Positions 57,821 through 64,000 of a stretch of 64,000 nt of DNA are shown piece after piece. The position numbers and the translations under genes were made by a program. Origin of the DNA: Macrostomum lignano (Eukaryota). Every line of letters starts with the position of its first letter. The first letter of the stretch is position 1. Under the pieces are notes generated by a model. It searched no databases and was not told the origin of the DNA. It was given only the letters and a program-made list of their open reading frames with translations. The DNA is taken from the NCBI GenBank assembly GCA_002269645.1, contig NIVC01001512.1:186001-250000 (forward strand). Direction: 5' to 3'.

Positions 57821-58630
57821 TCAATCAGGACGACCACCGCATGCGGAGGCGAGGAGTTTGGGGCAAGGAGAGTCGCTAACGTCGAAACAGGGGTCGTCGG
57901 TGAAGTCGGGGTGGCCAACTATATGTTCCCGGTGGAACCGAGGGAGGGTGAGGAAATGAGCTTCAATGGCCTGACCTCTAGAACTGCCGCGATGGCGCGT
58001 CCAGGTCGACCAGAAGTGGTAGCGAAGTTGGTAAGAGGCAAGGTGGAACAGGCTTAAGGGTGAGTCGGAAACGGGGGGAACAAAGCTCTGGAGCAATAGT
58101 TCGTGGCGTTCACACTCCTCGTCATCAATTTTGCGACAGTATATTCGGCGGAGATCTTTGTAGCGAAGAGGAACGCCGGTATGAAAATCAACGCAACGCA
58201 GAGCGCGGAAGAGTAGCTCGAAGTTCTGGCATCGGAGGGCTATATCGACGATTGCGGACTTAAAAGCTCCTTGCAGGGGCGGCAGATGGAAGCCTTCGAG
58301 ATGGAATAGCATATTGTCTATCTGCCCCGGGATGTGGCATTGGAGGCAGTCATAAATGTGGGTCAGGTAGGAATCAGTAATGGCGAGGACAAACTTGGTT
58401 ACGGGACCAGGGCGTCCATTACAACTGAAGAGATCGTGAAACAGGGAATCCGGGATTGCGGGCTTGACGGTTTGAGGAAGCGGAAAGGGCGAGAGATAGG
58501 AGGGGCAATAGTAAATGAAACTGCGGCGATGTTGGCAATAATACGTCTGACACTGGCAATCAAATAGTGGGACATCATCAGGGGCAGTAAGGGATGCGGC
58601 TTCAGCGTAGATACGTGCGAAAGTAGTCAT
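57821..58630 (-). CDS. 269-aa accessory ORF upstream of gag (C2H2-like motif)
   Basis: aacATG start, non-repetitive; contains CLQC-x11-H-x4-H and CQCQTYYCQH. Confidence 0.55.
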   Translation of the reverse strand: MTTFARIYAEAASLTAPDDVPLFDCQCQTYYCQHRRSFIYYCPSYLSPFPLPQTVKPAIPDSLFHDLFSCNGRPGPVTKFVLAITDSYLTHIYDCLQCHIPGQIDNMLFHLEGFHLPPLQGAFKSAIVDIALRCQNFELLFRALRCVDFHTGVPLRYKDLRRIYCRKIDDEECERHELLLQSFVPPVSDSPLSLFHLASYQLRYHFWSTWTRHRGSSRGQAIEAHFLTLPRFHREHIVGHPDFTDDPCFDVSDSPCPKLLASACGGRPD

Positions 58631-59022
58631 GTTGAAATTATAATGAGTGAATTAAAGCACTTTAATTTAATTTACAGTGTTACCAAGTTGCTGGAACGGT
58701 AGAGACTGGATGTGAAGAGTGTCGTTCTTGCAGTTGGCTTCGGTAGTACTGGAGAGGAGATTAACTCAAGAGTGCAGGATTCTGTCAATCTATAGTGCTG
58801 CAAAAGTGCTAGTATAATAGTGCTGTTGATGGCGAATTCTGAAGGGAGTTGGGAACAGAGTTTGCGGCGTCCTCATTGGTTGGTTAGGGGGATTCCAAGC
58901 CATGCCTGGGAGACGGGGCGGTTATATTGGTGAAACTGAAGGGGGACGGGTAAGGCTTGCTACTCCTTCGCGACTCCGCTACTTCAAACACTCCCGGACG
59001 ACGATTGCTCGACTTATTCATT

Positions 59023-59304
59023 ATGGCTATGCAAGCTCAACTCGAAAGGACGAGGAAGACGGCGGATCAATGGTGGTGGCTCTGTCGGCGGTTGTGGGAA
59101 CTCGAATTGCTGCTGGAGGACGGTTGGCCCCGCGACACGAAGCGGGGTGCTCGGCGGGGTTTGCGACTCCTGTCAGCGTTCAGGCGGCTAGTCACACCCG
59201 TCCGTAAGTGGTGTGAGCGCCGCCTCGAATGGTGGCAGGAGCTCCAGCATGTGGAAGAAGAGATTGTCGCAGGACGCCGTTGGGGTAATTTTATCTTAGT
59301 TTAA
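59023..59304 (+). CDS. Trp-rich 93-aa ORF antisense to the element
   Basis: MAMQAQLERTRKTADQWWWLCRRLWELELLLEDGWP..; a GC-rich island in an AT-rich leader. Confidence 0.35.
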   Translation: MAMQAQLERTRKTADQWWWLCRRLWELELLLEDGWPRDTKRGARRGLRLLSAFRRLVTPVRKWCERRLEWWQELQHVEEEIVAGRRWGNFILV

Positions 59305-61072
59305 TGTAATTGAAGGGGCTAACCGACTGAAGGTAGGGGTAATCTTGAATTTAATTTTTTTGTAATTTTGTATAGTTTTTGTAGATATGCTAACGACAAT
59401 TGAATTGCTTATTAGTGTACATATATTTATATTGTTATTGTTGCGATTACCCTTTTGTACGTGTGAATGTTTTTGTAAAAAAATACATAACTAACCTGTT
59501 TAACTATTTGAATTGATAAAGGCTGCTCAGGTTAGAGGGGGGGCTATGGGTAGGGCTCAATCTTGACAAAGCAAAGGATGGATAGCGTAAAAAGTAGTTT
59601 TCGTAAAAACGGGAACAAGATGGTTAACAAAATAAGTAGGGCAAAAGCTGTATGGGGCACTAAGCATCTATTGCCTTTGGCAATAGGGAGATGAGAGAAA
59701 AGTAGAAGTTGTTTGGATCTTAATCCATCATACAAAAACGAGAAATGGCTAGGAGAAGAAAAAATTCCTGGGGAAATTGTTTATCAGAGATCGTGAAAAG
59801 GTCGCTGAACCGGAGGGTGAGTGGCAGGATGGAGCTGGCCTGGACAGTTTGATTAAGGAAAAGATTTTTTGTGGGAGATAAAGTTGAGTGATGGTTTTAA
59901 TCAAGAAAAGAGGTCTCTCTGGGAGGTCAAGTAGGCACACAAAGTCTGATTTGGGCAGTTTGTTTAAGATTAATATTTATTGGAGGGAACTGGAGTTGAT
60001 TAAACACGCAAGAAATTCCCAGCATCCCGAATGATCCATAGAAGGCAACTGCCAGAATCAGCAATCCGAAAAAAAACTTGGGTCGATAAGGATTTGATGG
60101 ATGGGGCTCGTGGGGTTTGCAAACAGTGAGTTTGGAGTGTTTAATCAAGAAAAATAATGAAAGGCTAGGCAAGCGGTCTACGAAAATCAGAAAAGTTTTC
60201 CGGATGAAGCACGCAGGTTCGGCAAACAATTGGTTGGGACTTTAATCAAGGAAAATGATGAATGGTCAGGCAAGCAGCCTGTCGGATAAGCGAAAAAAAT
60301 TTTTTTTTTGTTGACAGCAAGAAATTGGTGGCTCCAGAGTTTGATTAATATTTGCTGAAGTGACTTTGTTTGAATAGCTCGTCAGGTTTTTTGCGTTTTC
60401 GTTCTTTCTTTCGGGCGCTTAACGGCGCAGAGAATCTGAGATAAGCCAGTTTTCTAGATGTGGCCACACACTGGGAAAAACCGAGAAGGAAAACGAATGG
60501 CTCAGTCGCTTTGGAGAGTTTCAAATATATATGAAGAAATCCAGAGCAGACTTTGCTATTCTGTGGAAAAGCAGTGAAGGAAGAGGCGTCCAACATTAAA
60601 TAAACTTGAACAATTGATGATGCCGCGGTCTTTGAAAAATCGAAGCTTTGAAGCTTGAACAATTGAGGATCCGAATAACTGAATTGAATTTCTGCATTGA
60701 AGCTCTGAGGCTTGAGAATAAGAACTCGATATCAGACGTTCGTCGACGTTTCTTGAATTGAATTGAAGTTGAAATTGAAATTGTTCCGGAACGATAATGT
60801 ATTGACTTTCATGGATCCTTTGAATTTGAAACAACTTGAATCAGGTCTCAGTGCACTGGACAAAACTTAGAACCGATTTGAATTCTGAATTTGAATTTGA
60901 GAGCTCGTGATTTACGATTCATTCGTCGAATATGTATTATTGACAGTCTCGAATGCTCAAAGGGGAGGGGGGGAGCCAGTCCAACCGTTCACACCCATCA
61001 GCCACGCCTATAGCTGTCTACCCCATGCAGGGCATAGCGGCTATTGTGGTGAAAAGCATCGGAGGAAAAGTA

Positions 61073-61086
61073 CGGTCAGGGAACCA
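61073..61086 (-). promoter_or_regulatory. Primer-binding site, tRNA-Glu
   Basis: TGGTTCCCTGACCG is complementary to the tRNA-Glu 3' end (..CGGTCAGGGAACCA), 1 nt after the 5' LTR. Confidence 0.88.
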
Positions 61087-61087
61087 G

Positions 61088-61740
61088 TGAAATATTTTAA
61101 AATATATTTTCTTGTTCTTCTTCTGGTCTCTCACTTCTATGGCTCTTGTTCTACTTCAAATATCAATGTGAGAGCCAAATAACTGAGGCGGCGGATTCAA
61201 CTGACTTTTCCTGATGATGCAAACACTTGATGTTAACTTACAGACCGTTGTATTTGATGGTCACAATCTCGAGATGTTATCTTACAAAATATAATGTCTA
61301 AGGTGGAATTCCAAATAAGAAGCTCGTTCGATTTAAGTCACAAGGTGTTTCTAGTTGTTCGGGTGAACCGAAGGTTCAGTCTATTGTGAAACGTGGATTG
61401 GGTGTTGGTTTGGCTTTAGTAAGTCGACTTATAAGTTTTGGTGTTTGGGTTGAGACCCTAACTGTGTCAATCAAAATAGTCAAACGAGGTAAGCTAGGAG
61501 AATGGCGAAGGAGAGGCAAGGGCGAGGAGAGGCGGAGCGAGCAAAAGGCGAGCTTCTTGCTTGGTTAACATGAGCTTTTATAGTACTTTTCAGTCTTGAT
61601 CGCATTGGATGGTACATAACTGCTTTTCATTGGTTGAGGTTGGGGTCGTGTCCTCAGCTTTTGCTATTTGGAGCGCATTCATTGGTTAAAATACATTCAA
61701 TCTGGATGGGAGCTTTCTAGAGCCAAAATGTATCACTTCA
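61088..61740 (-). repeat. 5' LTR (653 bp) with three CCAAT boxes and a TATA box
   Basis: Reverse complement starts TGAAGTG; AACCAATG x2, ATCCAATG, then CTATAAAAG (61575-61583); ends TTTCA. Confidence 0.97.
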
Positions 61741-61910
61741 CCAGCACCAGGGGCGCCAGCACCAGGGGCTTTAGCACCAGGGGCTTTAGCACCAGGGGCG
61801 CCAGCACCAGGGACGCCAGCACCAGGGGCTTTAGCACCAGGGGCTTTAGCACCAGGGGCGCCAGCACCAGGGACGCCAGCACCAGGGACGCCAGCACCAG
61901 GGGCGCCAAC
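61741..61910. repeat. 15-bp minisatellite, right part
   Basis: Continuation of 44447-44876. Confidence 0.95.
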
Positions 61911-62447
61911 ATCAGTAGCGCCAGATTGCTTCCCTTGATTTGAATTTGACTATAGAAAAAATCAGGCCAAACAATTGGAATAGTGATGCAATTTTCACAC
62001 TTGCGCGAGTCAGAGCGTTCAAAATCAGTGATGCAAATTGGAATCAAGAAATTTTTATATCCATGAAGCTGGCCACGCCTTCACCACTGCTCTGCCCATC
62101 AGCATCAGATCATTAGCTTTGCTGGGTGCGGATGAGAATTTGAAGAGCGATTCCAGAAGCGACCAAGCCCGAGCACCGGTGTGCCAGGAATGAAATTTTC
62201 TTGTCCGCCCCCGGCCTTCATCAGTAGCCGCGGTTCGTCTGCAAGAGTTGGGGGAAAGGAGGAGAGCCTGACAGTCTCTGGAGGGACTTCTTTTGACATG
62301 ATCAAAACACAGAGCAGAGCGCTATCAGATGAGTTTGGGAGATGGGTCTTTGATAGAAGCTACTTTGCTGGCCGACAGGACTGCCTAAACAAGTCGAAAG
62401 GCAGTCGGCTGCCTCCCAGTCTGACAAAGCTTAATGTCCATATATAG

Positions 62448-62895
62448 CACAGATACTAGAGTAACTAGATGGGCCACCCAGCACATTTGCATGTAAGCTA
62501 CTTTCAGTTCAGTAGTATGTTAAACAGAAGCATTTTAATGTACTTTTAAAGCCAAGGCTCATTTATTAGCTCTTACCAGCCAGCTTAAACTCTTCAACCG
62601 CGCATTTCCACACTACACCCCCCCGCCCCGCCCAATTTTTATTGCCTTTCTCGGAATTAAGCCTAAAGCGGCCATGTACATTTCAGTGGACTGGCTAATG
62701 TACATTATGGCTGAACCAATTAGCAAGCTGTTTACGTCTGCAAGCTTGGGCTTCTAAACTTATCAAAGTTATCTCAGCTGCCTTTATTTTTATAAAATAG
62801 CTTATGTATGCTTCTTTGCTACTGAACTGAAAGTAGAAAGCTGTTTACTAAGTGTAAATGCCTGAATGGCCCATTTAGTTATTCTAGTATTAGTG
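62448..62895. mobile_element. MITE, CAC...GTG family (copy 3)
   Basis: cacagatactagagtaactagat ... tttagttattctagtattagtg; near-TSD atatatag / atataatag. Confidence 0.85.
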
Positions 62896-63912
62896 ATATA
62901 ATAGCAAGAAAATAGAACCCAGCCTTAAGAAGTAAACTATTTTTACGATACAAATCCATTCAACTCGAGAGCAAAAGGCCACCTCTATTCCCCTTAGTTT
63001 CTATTCGGACTGATGCCATCAAAAGCCAAATAAAGGCATCATTTTTTTTGCGTGACCGATCGAATTTCGAACTCGTTCCTTTCAGGTTCATTAAAATTGA
63101 TGCTCTAACAACTGCCTCTATTCCTATTGGGATCCTTCAAAGCAAAATAGCCTCAAGACAAAAGACAGGTTTGGCGAGAGCTGATGCCGAGAGAAAGGGA
63201 GAGAGGTGCACTGCATTGCCCAGACTCCCTAGCCACCGCGCCCCAACGGACTTCTTCGCGATCCGCCCACGCGGCCCTCTCAACGGCCTGAGTGCTCAGG
63301 GATAGCTGGCAAAAATACTGAAATGAGGAAGGAAGACAGAAGAGAGGAACGGGGGCAGGGGGCGAATGCGACTGCGGACCGAATGAAGCCGGGCGATGGA
63401 AATCGAAGAGGAAAGAGAAAGCCCGGCCCCTCAGCTACCCCACCACCCCTGCAGAGAGAGTAGATGTAGACGGCAGAGGGGATCTCAAGACTGGGGGAGC
63501 AGAAATTCTGCGACAAATCGCGACGGGACACGGAGTCCCGGAGGGTGGGAAAAGGGAGGGGAGAGAAAAATGAAGACTGATTGGGATCTGAGACTGGCTA
63601 TCCCTATCTAGCCATCCTGCCGCACCAGGCATCCTTCCATTTTTCTCAACACTCGCTTCATCTCCCAGCCACCCCCCCCCCGGGCACCCGGCAACCCCAG
63701 CCGCCTCCCCCAGCCTTGGTAGGCCACTCACTGGTCGAGCCGGGCCATAGCCAGTCCCAGCTGCTCAGATGGCGCCTGGCTTTGCCGATACAATCCCAGA
63801 TTGCATTATTCCCAGGTTAAAAATAGTCCTGTCCTGCCACAAATCATTCCTTTCTCTTGACTACTTGGCTACTGATCTGATAATTTGGACTCTCGTTCGA
63901 CTGTCTGAAGTC

Positions 63913-64000
63913 ATGCAGGCCTGGGCTGTTGTTGTCGTGATTGCGCTGAGCCTTGCCGCAGTCCTGCTGGCCGCCTACCTGGCCATGCGGCTGCTGTGCC
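63913..64000 (+). CDS. 5' end of a gene with an N-terminal signal anchor (runs off the window)
   Basis: MQAWAVVVVIALSLAAVLLAAYLAMRLLC, GC3-rich codons. Confidence 0.5.
   Translation, partial: MQAWAVVVVIALSLAAVLLAAYLAMRLLC

Larger units (their letters stand above)
44877..61740 (-). mobile_element. 16.9-kb Ty3/Gypsy LTR retrotransposon with embedded gB-like env and accessory ORFs
   Basis: Two 653-bp LTRs (TG..CA), 4-bp TSD CCAG, PBS, PPT, gag with two CCHC knuckles, PR-RT-RH-IN domain order. Confidence 0.97.

Noticed and set aside
62040-62185. YIHEAGHAF HExxH metalloprotease-like motif
   Set aside because: Short stop-bounded frame with no supporting splice sites or other family motifs.

Overview
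Repeat-rich metazoan genomic DNA. Spliceosomal introns and Q/A/S-rich, GC3-rich coding style fit a Macrostomum-like flatworm; that assignment is inference only. No prokaryotic features and no CRISPR array. Host genes: three exons of an NXF1/TAP-like mRNA export factor (minus, <1-2313), a 4-exon twin-MYND/MSS51-like gene (20090-30830, +), a single-exon RNF168-like RING E3 ligase (38114-39685, +) and the hydrophobic N-terminus of a gene leaving the window (63913->64000). Between them lie about 20 minisatellite arrays, several MITEs with 8-bp TSDs, two tRNA/CORE-type SINEs, a truncated LTR with a tRNA-Leu PBS, two decayed copies of the 28S rDNA R2-target segment, and a 5'-truncated Penelope-like element with a hammerhead ribozyme. 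The main feature is a young 16.9-kb Ty3/Gypsy element (44877-61740, minus; 653-bp LTRs with no difference found by eye, CCAG TSD, tRNA-Glu PBS). After nine single-base indels in short base runs are repaired, it encodes one ~2800-aa polyprotein in the unusual order Gag - internal signal peptide - herpes-gB-like class III fusion glycoprotein (with a furin-flanked mucin insert) - TM - protease - RT - RNaseH - integrase. It also carries accessory ORFs, including a candidate catalytically dead Ulp1/SENP-like protein and a C2H2-like protein.
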